In this document: positions 12,001-27,000 of the stretch, one piece after another | Position numbering within the stretch: the stretch's first letter is position 1 | How the letters are laid out: every line of letters begins with the position of its first letter | Assembly (NCBI GenBank): GCA_040905625.1 | Contig: JBBDRC010000236.1 | Coordinates: forward strand, 18,155 to 82,154 | Source of the DNA: Kiritimatiellia bacterium | GTDB taxonomy: Bacteria > Verrucomicrobiota > Kiritimatiellia > SS1-B-03-39 > UBA6053 | DNA: 64,000 nucleotides | Direction: 5' to 3' | Translations under genes and position numbers: made by a program | Notes under the pieces: generated by a model | Database searches by the model: none | What the model saw: the letters and a program-made list of their open reading frames with translations, nothing else | Told to the model about the DNA's origin: nothing

Positions 12001-15000
12001 ACGACTACATCATCGGTGACCACGGCCGTTTCACCCGCGACACTTCGCTGGTGCTCCTGCGCATGGCAACCAAACTCAACGATCTGCTGGGGGGTAACGA
12101 TACCATCAATACCGGTAACGGCAGCAACTATGCCTTCGGCGGGGTCAAACAGGACCTCATCAATGGTGGCAGCGGGGTGGATGTGCTCTTCGGTGACAAC
12201 GGGGTTGCGGTCTTCAATGACGGCAGTGCGGAAGCCAACGACGTTTACAGCACCGACCCCTCCATGGGTGATGAAGACACCATTAACGGCAACAACGGTG
12301 ATGACCTGATTGTCGGTGGCGCGGTGCACCATTACGTCACCCCCAATACGCTTGACCGCGGCAACGTGCTCAACGGCGGCCAGGGCAATGATTATGTGGT
12401 CGGCACCTCCGCCTACTTCAAACGCAACGCCGCCAATGTGGTGGAACGGGTTTCCACCCTCTTCCCGGAATGGGGAAGCAATGACCGCATCGACGTGGCC
12501 ACCGGCCTCCGCCCCTCCGACAGCCGCGGATCGGACATACTTATTGGCGGAACCGGTGATGACATCATTCACGGCGGCTGGGAAAGCAACTTCAATCTGC
12601 TGATGGGTGACAACGGTGTGGTGGTGCGGGCCGACGGCACCGCGCAGGCCAACGATGTGTGGACCACCGATCCGGCCTGGGGCGGTATCGATGTGCTGAT
12701 CGGATCTGCCGGTAACGATCTGCTGATCGGCGGCACGGGCGGAGCGGACACTGCAACGACCACCGATTTAACCGGCAGCTACGACATTAATAACGGCGTA
12801 TTGACCTTCACCACCCCCGGACACGGATTGGTGATCGGCCGGGTGGTGTATATCGATTTCAGTACCGGCAGCGGCAATGATGGGCTTTACAAAGTAACCG
12901 GCGTGAACGGTGACCGATTGACGCTGGATACCCTGGGCTGGTTCGGCATGGATCTGCCCACCATCGGCGGCAACATTACCGGTGACGCCCTGCTCCGCCG
13001 CAGCGGCGATGTGATCAGCGGCGGCCGCGGGGACGACGTGAATCTGGGTGACGGCATAGCCATCGAACGCGATGCGGCGGATAACTATTTGGTCATTCAC
13101 TCACAGGATCCCTCCTTCGGCGGCAATGATCTGATCGATCTCTTCGGCAACCTCGGCAACGACATCACCATTGCCGGACGGGGTAATGACCGCGTGATGG
13201 GCGGCACCCTGGATGATGGACGCGATCTGATCTTCGGTGACTGGGCCACGGTCGACTTTACCTCCTTCCGCAATGTGTCGCAGGATGTGGTGGTCACCGC
13301 CGAACGCATTCTCATCGCCAACGCGATCTCCACGGATTCCGCTTTCGGTGGCAATGACTGGATTGACGGCGGCACCGGCACCAACCTGATCTCCGGCGGT
13401 GCCGGAGACGATTATGTGACCGCCGGTCCGGGCAACTCGGTGCTCGCGGGCGACATGGTGTTCTTCGAACGCAATAAATACAACAAGCTGTCCATGGTGC
13501 ACTCCGTCTTCCCCGAAGGCGAGGGTCACGACACCATTGTGGGCAATATCGGCCACGACCTGATTATCGGCGGTGGCGGGGATGACTGGATCGACGGCAA
13601 CAAAGGTGACGATATCATCTTCGGTGACAACGGGGCGGCCATCTTCTTCCGTGAAAGCGCCCGCGACGGCGATATGTTCTCCCTCTACCCGCAGTTTGGC
13701 GGCCAGGACACCATCTTCGGTGGCGAAGGCTACGACTTCATCTTCGGGGGATCCGGCGGGGCCGATCAGGCGGCGCCCGGACTGCTTCAGAACCGCACGG
13801 TCACCGTGGATGCCGACGGCTACGTCACCCGCGATGGCGGCTACGGGGTCAATGGCGATATTATTTACAGCAGCCCGGCCGACGTCAACAGCCCGGTTTT
13901 CGATGAGATTGTATTTGGTGACAACGGATACATTCAGCGCAGTCTCGCCGGGGTCATCACCTTCCTCAGCACCCGGGTCTACAGCCTCGAACTCGAAAAC
14001 CGCAGTTACGTCGGCTACCTGAGCACCACCGGCTGGCTGGCGGATGCCATGACCGCGGGCATGCCGGTTGAAACGGATCCGGTGCGGTTCGAAAATTACG
14101 GTGGCGACGATGTGATCAACTGGGTGGTCGGCAACAGCGGCAACAACATCCTCTTCGGCGGATACGGCAATGACATTCTGGACGGGGGCACCGGACTCGA
14201 CATTCTGATTGGGGACAACGGCGAAGTGCGTCCGATTAATGGTCAGTACATCGTGCAGGCGATCCGCTCCACTTTCCCCGGCTCCGGCGGCAATGATCTG
14301 ATGTACGGCGGCACCGGCAATGATATTCTCATGGGCGGACCGGCGGACGACCTGCTGGTCGGCGGATTCGGGGACGACCATCTCTGGGGCGACGGCGGCC
14401 AGGATCTGATCTGGGGCGGTCAGGAAGTGTATCACTGGAGCAACTTCCGCGTGCTCGACGGCGAAAGCATCGAAGACAAATTTGATCTGCCTCCCGGCTG
14501 GGCGGCGGCTGAGGCGGATAATCCCACCGGGTATCAGCCTCCGCTGATCACCGCCAAGGTGTTGAATGGTCTGCGCATTGACGGGTCCGTGCTCGACGGC
14601 GACAATATTCTGCGCGGCGGTTACGGGGATGACATCATCTTCGGCGGCGGCCGCGATGCGGATGCCGACGGCGGACCGGGCAATGACTACATCGACGGCG
14701 GCGCCGGCAACAACATCCTCACCGGCGGTGGCGGGGACGACGTAATTCTCGGTGGCGACAACGATGACGTGATCCGCGGGGACTTCCCCTTCCTCGGCAG
14801 CTTTGATGCGATTGATCCGGTGCTCAAAGTCGGTGACACCGGTCTGCCGGCGGATCCCTTCGAATACTTTATCTTCCGTGGTTTCTTCACCGGCCGTGAC
14901 CAGATTTACGGCGGCGGCGGCGATGACCGACTGTTCCCCGATGGCGGGGCCAGCGATGTGATCACCTTTGCCAACGCTGCGGTCACCCCGGTGACCACCA

Positions 15001-18000
15001 CCGCAAAACTCCAGAACCCCAATCCCGGTTATGCCGCGGCCGTCTTCAATTTTACCGGGGCCAATAATGATATTGAATTCCGTTCACTGGTGGCCAGCAC
15101 CGATTTCGTCGGCTGGACCATACACATTGAAGACCGCGGCATCGATGGTCTGGGTGTACTCGTCAGTTTTGACTATGACCTCAAAACCATGACGGTGACG
15201 CTGGAGAAAGGGATCAACAACGCGGCCGATGTGCAGGAAGCAGTGATCAACACCGCCAATGCGCCGTTCCTCGCCTATGCGGTTTACCGCGGCAACAGTG
15301 TCATTCCATTCTCCGACCATGGTGATGGACCCGGCACGCAGATGGGTCAGACGATTCTGGGTGAAGCCGGTTCCGACTCGCTCTACGCCTGGGCACCCAA
15401 CGGAAATGCCGAAGAGCAGTCCAACTACGGCGGCGACACCCTGCGTGGCGGCTCCGGCAATGACTTCCTCTACGGCAACCTGCGCAAAGACCGTCTGTTT
15501 GGTGATACCGGTGATGATTACATTCACGGGGATGCGCTGACCGGTCCCCGCTATGCCTTCAACGAATTTGGTGAAGGGGACGGACCCATGGAAGTGGGCG
15601 GCGGCGACCTGATCTTCGGCGGCACCGGTGACGACCGTCTGCTTGGCGGCGGCGGCGATGATGAAATCTGGGGCGGTTCCGGATCCGACTGGCTGGAAGG
15701 CGGCAACGGCATGGACACCCTGTACGGCGGGACCGGCATTGATATCATTCTGCTGGACAGCAAACCCTACTACAGCGTGTTCGGTGAAACCGTCGACGGG
15801 TTCTACGGTAACGAATTCCGCAATGACACTCTTAACGACAACGCCACGGATATCCTGCTGGTGGAGGGCACCGACTTTAACGACCGCATTCTCTTCACCG
15901 AGGAAACCGCGCTGTTGAGTGACAACCCGCAGGCCATCACCACTTCGTCGGAATCGGTCAAACAGACCTTTACCCTGACCCTGTTTGATCCGGTCACCAA
16001 CCAGACCTTTACCGATACCTTCACCATCGACAGTATCAGCGCGAACCTTGAAACCATCGTCAACGATTTCAATGACCTCTTTGCTGCCAGCACTTTCCTT
16101 TCCGGAAAAATTCAGGCCGTGGAACGCGGCGAAACCCTGGCTTTCATCACCCGCGGTTTCGGCGCGGGGATGACCCTCAGCTTAAGTGCCTTCACCGGGG
16201 GCGATGCCAATGCGCTCGGTCTGGAAGATCTCGGCTTTGCGGAAAACCGTCTGGGGGTCGGACAGATGGTGGTGGATTACGCTCAGTGGGTCAATGACAC
16301 CGGCACGTTTGATATCGTGAATCCGCGGGTCATATTGCTTACCTGGAAAGACAGTGCCGGCACGCCGCTTATTGAACAGGTGCGTCTGAGTGGCCTGGGA
16401 GGGGATGATATCCTCGGCTTCACCGCCGGCCGCAATGCCCTCGATGTGTCCGGACTCACCGCCCGCAGCCGCGACTGGGTAAGCACCTTCGACGGCGGAC
16501 CCGGCAACGATGTGATCTATGGCTCAGACGGACGCGACCAGATCTTTGGCGGATTCGGTTCGGACACGATTTACGGTAACGCCGGCGATGACATTCTTTG
16601 GGCGGACGGCCCGGCGGAAGGATCGCCCGACGACGTGAATATTATTTACGGCGGCCAGGGTAATGACGACATTCTCGGTGGCAAAGGCATTAACTTCCTC
16701 TACACCTGGTCGGACGATCCCAACCGGGGCGGCCCGAACGATCCTTCGATCGCGGAACTGCATTTTGTGAATGGTGAAACCCTGCTGGTCTTCCCCACCG
16801 CACCGGAACTGCATCTGCCCATCGGCGATCCGCTGCGGGTCACCGACTACAGCTTTGGCAATGACACCCTCCGCCTGGTGGGCAGTGGTGATTTACCCGC
16901 CAACGGCCGGTTGAACAACGACGCGCGTTTCGCGCTGTTCATCGGTGAAAACGCCGATCCGGTGGAAATCTGGGTGAAAGCGGCGGACACCGTTGACTTC
17001 AGCAGCATGGCCGAACTCATCGCACTGGTGAACAGCGAACTCAAACAGGGACGTCTGGCGGATGGCCGGGTGGTGGACATGAGTTACGCCGTGGTTGCCG
17101 GTCTGGAGGGGAACCGTCTCACTTTCACCACCACCGGCACCGCCATCAGCCTGAGCACCAACAACCCGGCCCTCAGCGGCGTCACCGCTGAACTGAATGG
17201 ACGGGGCCAGATCATCGCGCAGAACCCGCTCACCCTGGATGCGGATCTCACCAGTCCGGTCGTGTTCACTTTGACGTTCAATGGTCACGATGTGGAACTG
17301 ATCCTGAGTGCGGAACTGGTGAAAAATTTCGTCAGCGTGGACGAGTGGGCCTACGAACTGAATAAAGCCCTGGGTGAAGTCACCGATGCGCAAAATCTCC
17401 CGCTCCACTTCGACACCTTCCTTGAATTTGATATTCTGGATGTCGGTAACGATGCTTACCTCCGACTCAACAGCCGGATTGACAGCATTCAGATTGTGGA
17501 CCGCAGCGATGTCCTGCGCATTGTCGGAACCGACACCGCGCCTCTGACCGGCAACCTGAGCACGGATGCGTATTTCACCCTGATCATCGGCAGCGAAGGC
17601 AAGCCGGTGGATGTGAAAGTGCCCTACACCAGCACCCGGGACAATCTGACCATCGACATGCTGGTCATCGACATCAACGAAGCCATCGCCAAGGCCACTC
17701 TGCCGGACGGCAGCAACGCGAATCTGGATCTGGCGGTCAAGGCGGTGCGTGACGGCAACCGGATCGTCCTCGAGACCCTCGGCACGCTGATCGAGCTTAA
17801 TTCGGGCAACGGCGACGGCACCAGCGAAGATCTGAAATTTGCCGAAGACATGATCGGCCGCGGCACGCTGAGCGCAGCCACCGCGGTGGAAACCAATGGT
17901 CAGATTGATAATGACGTCAACTTCACCCTCCGCCTCAACGGGGACCGGGCTTATGCCTTTACCCTGCTTGCCGCCGACACCACAGGTAACAGCAGTGTCG

Positions 18001-21000
18001 CTGATCTGGTTGACCAGCTGAATGCGCTCTTGCTGACCGCCACCGATGCCGACGGCGATCCCGCACGTCTGGAACAGTATCTCCGCTTTGGCCAGGAGGA
18101 CAACAAACTCACCCTGACCGCGCTCACCCATTCGATTCAGTTTATCTCCCAGTTCGGTATTTACGTGGATCCGGATTCCGGTCAGTTGCGCGACAACGAT
18201 GGCGGCGGCCGTTATGAACTCGAGGATACCGGACTCAACCGCGTGCTGGGCGGTGCCTACGATGACAATCTCTACGGCGGCACCGGGCTGGACTTCCTCT
18301 ACGGAAACGGCGGAGACGACACCCTGTGGCGCGCCGATGGCACCTCCATGGAATCGGTCGATGGCGGTCTGGCCGGCGATGAATGGAAACAGTACGCCAA
18401 AGAAACCGACAAAGTCTGGTACTACCGCGGCACCAATGCCGACGATGTGATCTCGGTCGATTACGTCACCGAACCCGGTCTGCTGGGCGGCAGCCATTTG
18501 ATCACCCGCCTGACCAACAACAACGGCAACTTCACCTTTGATGCGCAGGTCAAACTCGACTTCGGTGCCACCGACAGTGAGGGCAATCTGATCTACAACG
18601 ATCTGCCCCTCGGCACCCTGCCGCCGGAAGACGACTTCCTCGCCATCATCATCGATGCCCTTGGGGGCGATGACATCATCAACATCGGTCCGACCGTTCA
18701 GGTTTCCATCTGGACCGATGCCGGTGCGGGCAATGATGTGGTCAACACCATGTCCGGCAATTCCATTCTGCCCGACAAAACCGAGCAGGGCGGCCGCAAC
18801 GATACACCCGAAACCGGTTACTCACTGGGCCGCGCCTGGCTGGTGGGCTCCGAAGATCCGAGCGCCCTGAACTTCCGGTTGACCGCCGCCACCGGCGGAA
18901 CGACTCCGAAGGTTACGCTGCGGGTGAACGGTCTGGATCCCATCACCCTGGACCTCAAAGGCACCGGCAATAATATCGAAGCCTCCAATCTGCTGGACGA
19001 CCTGAATCAGGCCCTCACCGAAGCCGGTCTGAGTGGCCGTCTGGTGGCCCTGATGCTGGGTGGACGCATCGCCATCGGACCCACTGCGGGATCGGATGTG
19101 CTGGCACTGGAAATTTATGCGGTCAGCGGCAGCGAAACCGCACTCAGCGAACTGGGTTATGAAAACGGCGCCTTTATCGGACAGGCCGCGCTGACCGGTC
19201 AGGATACCGCCGCGATTCTCACCGCGGACACCGCGCTGTCTTCGGTGGTGACCGGCAACGGAACGCTGGTGGTCACCGTGAACGGCACGGCGTATGATGT
19301 GAATGTGCTCAATACGGCAGACAACATCACCACCAATGATCTGCTGCTTGATTTGGAAGCGGCTCTGGCCGCGGCCACGCTCTCCGGCACCGCCAGCGCC
19401 TTCGACCTCTCCGGTCTGTTGACCTTTGACCTGCTGGGCAATTTCATCCGCCTGTTGCCAGAAACCGCCACCGAGGTGCTGAGTCTGAGCCTTTCCGCAG
19501 GCACCATGGCCGGGGCGATCGGATTTAACAGCAGCACCTCCGCAGAGTTTGTGGAAGGGGTGCTGGCCACTGACGGCAAACTGACGGAGGATGCGAGTTT
19601 TGACATCAGTGTCAACGGGGCTGAATTCCGCCGCGTGACCGTGACTGCGGAAGCCACTTCTGACAACACCCGCGCCGCCGACCTGGCCCTCGACCTGCAG
19701 GCGGCACTGGCCGATGCCGAACTTGCCAACCAGCTCCGGGCCGAAGTGCTGAACGGCCGTATGCGTCTGGTGACCCTCAATGGCGGCTCGCGTGCCTCCA
19801 TCGTGGTGCAGATGACGGAAACCGACCCCGCCCGCACCGAACTCCATTTCCTCAACAACCAGATCGCCCTCTCCAGTCTGTTGATCAGCAGCAATCTGGT
19901 ATTGACCGGACTGACCATTGATAATGCGGACGACGCTGACTGGTACAGCTTTACCCTCGCCAGTGCGCCGGGTGCCGGGGCGGTCATCCGCCTCAACAGC
20001 GCCTCACCCCTGGATGGACTGCGTTTGGCCATCTTTGAAGCCGGCGGCGACGCCCCGTTTAACGAAAATGATTCAGCGCAGAGTATTACCCCCGACCAGC
20101 CCGATCTGGATGGTGGCAACGACAGCGTGGAAGATGCCTTCACGTTGGCGCAGATTGACAGCTATCAGAAAGTGTTCGGGCTCACGCTCCACTCCGATAC
20201 AGATATTGACTGGTTCCGCTTTACTCTGGGTGAAGACGGCACGGTTTCCGACCGGATCAGTATCCTCAGCACTGAGGCGGCGGCATTGCGTTTTGAACTC
20301 TTCGATGCCGATGGTAATAAAGTATTAAACGCCGACGGCAGTGAACGCACCTTTGCCGGGATTACCGATCCGAAGAGCTATGTGCACTTTGTCTTGGAAG
20401 GCCTGGAAGCGGGAGACTACACCATCAGGATCAGCGGTGAAAATGGTGAAGTCGCACCTTACGAACTGTTCACCGCGATTGGCGAAACCGGATATGTTCA
20501 GCGGGATCTCTCCGGCAAATCCGAGTCGTCTATCAGTCTGGAAAATCTTGAAGCGGGCAAGGCCTATCTGTTGCGGGTCACGTCACCCAATCTGGTGCCC
20601 ACCATTTATTCGCTCAGTTTCGAAATCGGAGCTGCGGAAGATCTTAACATCGACATGGCCACCCGTCCCAATCAGGTCCGCCGCGACGTGATACTGGGCG
20701 GATCGGGAGATGACCGTCTGCAGGGCGGTTCCGGAGAAGACTGGATCTTCGGCGTGGCGGGCAGCAACGTGATTTCCGGCGGTTATGACCGCGGCGCGCC
20801 CGACCTCCTCTTCGGCGGCACCGGCAATGACACCTTCCAGATCATGCCCGACGCATTGCCCAAACTGAATAATTCCGACGCCACCTTTATTCCGACCTTT
20901 AATGACATCATGCAGGGTGGCGGCGGCCAGAACCGGGTGCTCTTCTTTGGCGGCGACCTGGATAATCTAGGACGCGAAGTGCCCGACTTTGCCGCTGTTC

Positions 21001-24000
21001 GTTTCAACCCGCTGCTGGGCCGCTGGGAATTCACCGCGCTGGTTTGGGATACCGCCAATCAGGAATTCATGATGACGGAAATCCCCGGTGCGGTCGTGAC
21101 CGCACAGGGCAGCGGGCCCACCGACGGTCGCCTGGCCAGTGACTTCACTTTCACCATCGTACTGGGCGAAGTGAGCTACGAAGTCACCGTCCCGGCATCC
21201 GCCACCCGCGGCGAAATCCTGGCTGAGAGCGCGCCGGTACTGTCAAACCTGACCGGCGACCTGAGTTTCGAAGTCAGCTTCGGACCCGGTGACACCACGG
21301 TGGTGGATGCGGCCTTCGGTGAGACCGCGCCGGCCACGGTTGATGCCCTGGTGGGTATCCTCAACGAAAGCATCCGCTCCACCCTGTTGAGTGGCAAAGT
21401 CACTTTTGTGAATGTGGCCGGCAAGCTTCAGTTACAGCCCGCCAGCATTCTCAGCAGAACCACGATTTCGCTGGAAGGGGATCTGCTGGCCCTGGGATTC
21501 AGCACCACCTCCAAAGTTGCGGAAGTGAACAACGGGGCCCGTGATCTGGCGGCCGATATTCAGAACGCTTTCCGGACGGCGGTGATTGCCGGAACCTCCA
21601 CGGTCGTCGATATTACGGAACTGGTCACCGTGGGAGTGCGTGACGGCCGTTTCGTTTTCCTCAATACTGAAATTTCCCTTGAAGATGACCTGCGTATCGA
21701 AGATGCGGCATTGCTCGGCTTTGACCTGAACGGTCAGGATCAGGATCCCGGACGTCTGATTTATGAACAGCACTATTACTTCTTCATGGCCTTCGGGATT
21801 CAGGAATTTGTGATCGACCTGCAGCGCGGCGACGATGTGTTCCACGCGGATCCGGAATACACCTTCCTCAACCAGATTGACGAGTGGGGCGTGAAAGCCG
21901 GTGCCGGTCAGCAGGGCGGCGGCAGCCTGGTGAATCTGATTATCCGCGGTGGCGACGGAAATGATATGCTCTTCGGCGGGGCATTTGATGATAAAATTTA
22001 TGGCGGTGCCGGATACGATTATCTTTCCGGCGGCCCCGGCAATGATCTGCTGGATGGCGGCAGCGGCAACGATCTGCTGGCCGGCAACACCAGCACCCCG
22101 TTTGACATCTACGAGCTGGTGAAAAAAGGCGGGGTGACCGGCCACAACAACACGGCCGCATTTGCAGCGCTGTTGCCGGAAATCACTTCCGACCATCTGA
22201 TCATCGACGGACTGACCTTCCACGAAGGGGACCGGGCCGACTTCTATCTGATCAAAACCCCCGAGAGCCTCAAACAGTTCTCTGGATCGGTTTCCGCACT
22301 GCTGCTGCGCGACCTGCTCACCGTCACCTTTGACGATCCCGCCAGCCAGATGCTGTTCGATCGTTTTGCCGGCAGCAGTCTGTCACTGTTCGCCGCCCGC
22401 GATCTGGATCCGAGTTCCGTGATCGAAGCGGTTCCCGTGGAGCAGTTCGCCGGGGTGCCGGACTACTACATTCTCAAGGTCGTGAATGTGGCCTCCTTCA
22501 CCGTGGTTGCGGAAAATCCCAGTGTCAGCACCGGACGTCTGAGCGGCAATGCCAGCTTTGAGATCTCGGTGAACGGCGGCACCGCCACCACGGTCACTGT
22601 GAACACATCCACCACTGTTGGCAATTTAAACACATCAGCCACTGATAACAACGTGGACATTCAGGACCTGGCGATTGACCTGCGTGCGGCCATCAACGCT
22701 GCCGGACTCTCGGATATCTTCATTGTCGAAGTCTTCCAGTCTGCTCTGGGGCTGCGTCTGGGTCTGACGGCCGCATATGATTTCACTTTTGACATTACCT
22801 ATGCCACCGGAAACCCCGCCTCCGAACTGGGATTCCGCAACGGACAGACCAACCTTCTCCGCGCCGCGGAAATGGGACGCTACAAGATCACCTTTGACGA
22901 GGCGCTCGGCAGCACCGTTCAGGTGGACGGAAGTGATGCCGATGCGGTGCTGCTGGTGGTGGGCACGGATGCGGATGCCACCCTGGCCTCCTTCCGTCCG
23001 GTATCGATTGCCCTGGGGGACATTGACGGTGACGGCATCGGCGACTATGTGGCCGGAGTGAGCGACGACCTGGTCAACGGCCGTTCCACAGTGCTGATTC
23101 TCTCCGGCGTGGAAGACTTTGCGGATCTGGGAATTTCCGACCAGATCAACCGTCACTTCCTGAATTTGCCCGCCCCGCTGCTGTCGGCCACCGCCACCGG
23201 TGCCCAGAGCTTCTTCCTGCAGCCTGCCGATTACAACAATGACGGCCTCTCTGACATTGGGATCCTGCTGGTGGGCGATCATCCCTCCGTTTACATTATT
23301 GGCGGCAGCGACGGGGGGACTCCGGTGGTGCGGGAGGCCCTCTCCGCGGCCGATTTGATTATTAACGGCACAAATGACAGTTTCGGTGCCGAAAGTTCGG
23401 TCAATCCCAACGGGCATGATCAAGTCATTCTCTGGGAAGACAGCAAAGTGTATGTGCTCGACGGTGCGGAATTCAGCAGCGACGGGAATACCTTCGTGAG
23501 CATTGGTTCCTCGGCGCTTAACTTCAGCGGTGGACAGGTGTTGACCACCTCGGTCACTGAGGATTTCAGCACGGCGGTCATGGGGACCGATGTGACCACC
23601 GGTCTGTTGCCCGGCATGTCCACTGCCGTGGTGAATCTCTGGGGCATTTACAGCTCACCCTCCTCCGTTTACGGTTCCGGAAATGTGCTGCACTTCGGTA
23701 ACAGCACTTTTGACAGTTACGCCTCGGGCTCCTCGACCGTGGGAGGCTTTGCCCGGATGGATGGATTTACCGGCGGCAGTTTCGGGACCCTGATTACGTT
23801 TGACTCCCACCTGGAGACAGAAGGGTATCCCGCCTATTACGACCAGGCCTGGGTGGAAGTCAGCATCGATGGCCTCAACTGGACCCGGGTGGCCTCCAGC
23901 TTCGGTGGCGCCGGCGATGTGCAGCTCTTCGATGGCGGGGGATCTCAGAAAGTTGCCATTCAGCTGGACAGCAGCTTTGCCGGGGCACTGGAAATCCGCT

Positions 24001-27000
24001 TCAACTTCAACAGCCGTGACGGCTATGTGAACGCATTCGACGGCTGGTCGATCGATAATCTGGAAGTCCAGGGGCTGGAAGCGCTGGATGAAACTGATTT
24101 TGATGACGGCGTCACCCCTTTCACTGATACCATTACCTTCAAGAGCAGTAACAACTCCAATATCACGCTTAATTTCGAAGACATGGGTGCGGACAACCTG
24201 TGGCGGATCGGCAGCCTGCAGAACAATCGGGGCGATGGCACCGGGCTTTATTTTGGCAAAGCCGACTGGACCTACGACACCGGCAGCCGGGTGGCGGGTG
24301 CCGCCATTCTCAGAGGGTTCACCGTCGGTTCCGGCGGCGCACTCCTCAGTTTCGATTCCTTCCTGCGCACGGAAGGTCTGCCCAGCGAATTTGATAAAGC
24401 CCTGGTGGAGGTACGCAAAGCCGGTACCCTGACCTGGACCCCCTTCGCCAGCAACGCGGGCGGGGGCAATCTGGTCACGCTGGTGGATCCCGCCACCACC
24501 GAAACCCAGCGGGTGGGCATTGAACTGGACAACACCTGGACCGGGGACATTGAAATCCGCTTCAGCTTCGATTCAATTGACGGCGAAGAAAATGCCTTTG
24601 AAGGCTGGTCGGTTGATAATGTGCGGGTGGATGCCTTCCTGCCCCTCAGCACCCTCAACGGCACCAACGTCACCGGCACCATCCGCGCCGCCGCCGGGGT
24701 GGGACAGCTTTATGATACCGACAGCCCACGGGAAACCGTCCCCGGCGTTTCCATTGGCAATAATGGCAACCTGGTGGTGGTCACCGATACGCAGATTCTG
24801 GTGTTTGATCTGAATGATCTGACGGATCCGCGGGTAGACCCCATCTCGGTGCTTCCGGATGTTGCCTTGACCTTCAATACGCCGGTGGACAACACGGTCA
24901 CCCGGGTGGTGAGTCTCGGCAACATTACCGGCGATGCCGCCGGTGCGGTGGAATTCGGTATCTCCGGCAGCAATGCCAATTACCTCTACAGTTTTGACGG
25001 CGGGGGTTGGAATATTCTCAGCGATGAAAATGCCGGCGGTGTCTATGTCGCACTTGGCGATCTGGATAATGACGGGGTGCAGGACTTCGGTCGGGTCACG
25101 GTCAAAGAAGACCGGACGCTTACCGGCGTGGCAAACTGGAATGGCAGTCAAACCGAAACCACCGAACCCCTTTACCACAATGTGGCGGAAATCTTCCTCT
25201 CTGCGGATCGTGATGAACTGTCCGTCATCAACCTGAAGCGCCCCAGCCTTCACTTCGAGCAGGACACCCCCGGTTACCGTGCCCTGTCCGATCTTTCCCA
25301 GACCCAGTACATTCTGAGTGCCTACAGTCACCACAGCACGGACGGGGACACCCTGGTGCTGGCGGAGATGCTGGGATCAGAACTGAACTTCTTTGATGCG
25401 GGGGATTACGGTGCGGCCCCGGCGGCTGAAGACCTCAGCTTCCTTGATCCGGCCCTGCCCAGAATCTTCCGTTATCCGCTGGCCTTCCCGAATTACGACG
25501 TCACCGACTCCACCTCCTACAGTGGAATTGATATCGGCGATGTGATCACCGGGATTAATCTCAGCGATGCCATTGCCTTCGAAGGGGACCGGGTGAACAT
25601 GAACCTCTCCCTCGCCCAGCAGTTGGGTGATGTGGATGGTGACGGACATGCCGACACCTTGTTGATGGGCCCCGACTACGCCTTCCTGCTCCTCGGTCCG
25701 GTGCAAACCCTCGGCCTGCAGCAGGCGGCGGTGTATGCGGATTACCTCTTTGATCTGGCCAGCCTCGGCCGTCCGGCCGAACGCATGGGCGACCTCAACG
25801 CTGACGGACTGACCGATCTGGTGTTCTTCCGTCACAACGATGCCGACAACACCACGGTCATTACCATCATCTTTGGCGGACAGGTCTATCCGCGCCTGAT
25901 CAGTGCCGGCGATCTGGATCCGGATACCAGCCGGACGATCGTCCTGACCCAGGACGAGTTGAACACCGATAACGGCAGTGTGGACCCACAGGTCATGGCG
26001 GCCCGCTGGAGCGGACATTTCAATGCCCAGTCCGGCCTGTACTACGATGATTTGGTGGTGGTGAGTCCCAAAGCCAGTGCGGTGAACAGTTACGGCTTTA
26101 TTTTTGCCGGTGATGTGATCCGTGACTTCGGCGGCAATCTGAGCATGGATTCGGCCTACGCCCTGGCCGATCTGCGCCTGTTCACCACGGAAATTGCCAG
26201 TGGAAATATCGACGCCGTCTTCCCGACCCGCAACTTCTATATTAATGCCGATCAGGAAAGTTTCACCCCGCAGAGCACCCTCCAGTCCGGTACCGCGGCG
26301 GATGCAACCACCAGCCAGATTGGCGCCAGTTACAGCAACCCCAACATGAACGGCTTTGTGTTCAGTCCGCTGGGCACGACCACCAATCTATGGGCTCAAA
26401 CAACCGACTTCCCGCTGGCGGCCGGCGGCAATATTGCCCTCTACTTCGGACAGAATACCGGCACATACAATTATAATGTCAGTGGTAAGGTGGTGGGCGG
26501 CTACGCGACCCTGAGCAATATCTCCACCGGGGTGGGGGCCTCCACCCTGACCTTCAGCTCCTATCTGCAGACCGAAAATTATCCGGCTGCGTATGACAAA
26601 GCCTGGGTGGAAGTCCGCCGTCCGGGCACCAACACCTGGGTGGTGGTTGCGTCCAACAGCTCCGGTCAGTTGCTGGAGACCGGTGCCTTCCAGAACGTGA
26701 CTGTGAATCTGGATTCCTCCTTCGCCGGGGTGGTGGACATTCGCTTCGGGTTCAATTCCGTGGATACGGTTGCCAACAACTATCAGGGCTGGGTGGTGGA
26801 CAATGTGGCCCTGAGTTATACCCGCGAAGAGGTCAATCCGGTTACCTCCACGATCAATATCAACGTGACAGGTAATGATCCGGACGCCATCGTCACCGAT
26901 GTGGATCTGGTGATCCGTTCCCTGAACACCGGACGTCTGGATGGACTGACGGTGACCCTGATCGCACCCAATGGCAGCCGCGCCCTGCTGTTTGCCAACC

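Noticed and set aside
9135-15750. Repetitive DNA (ggcggc...ggcaacgac) as a CRISPR array or tandem DNA repeat
   Set aside because: The repeats are degenerate, in frame and encode RTX nonapeptides. There is no constant repeat with unique spacers and no cas gene.
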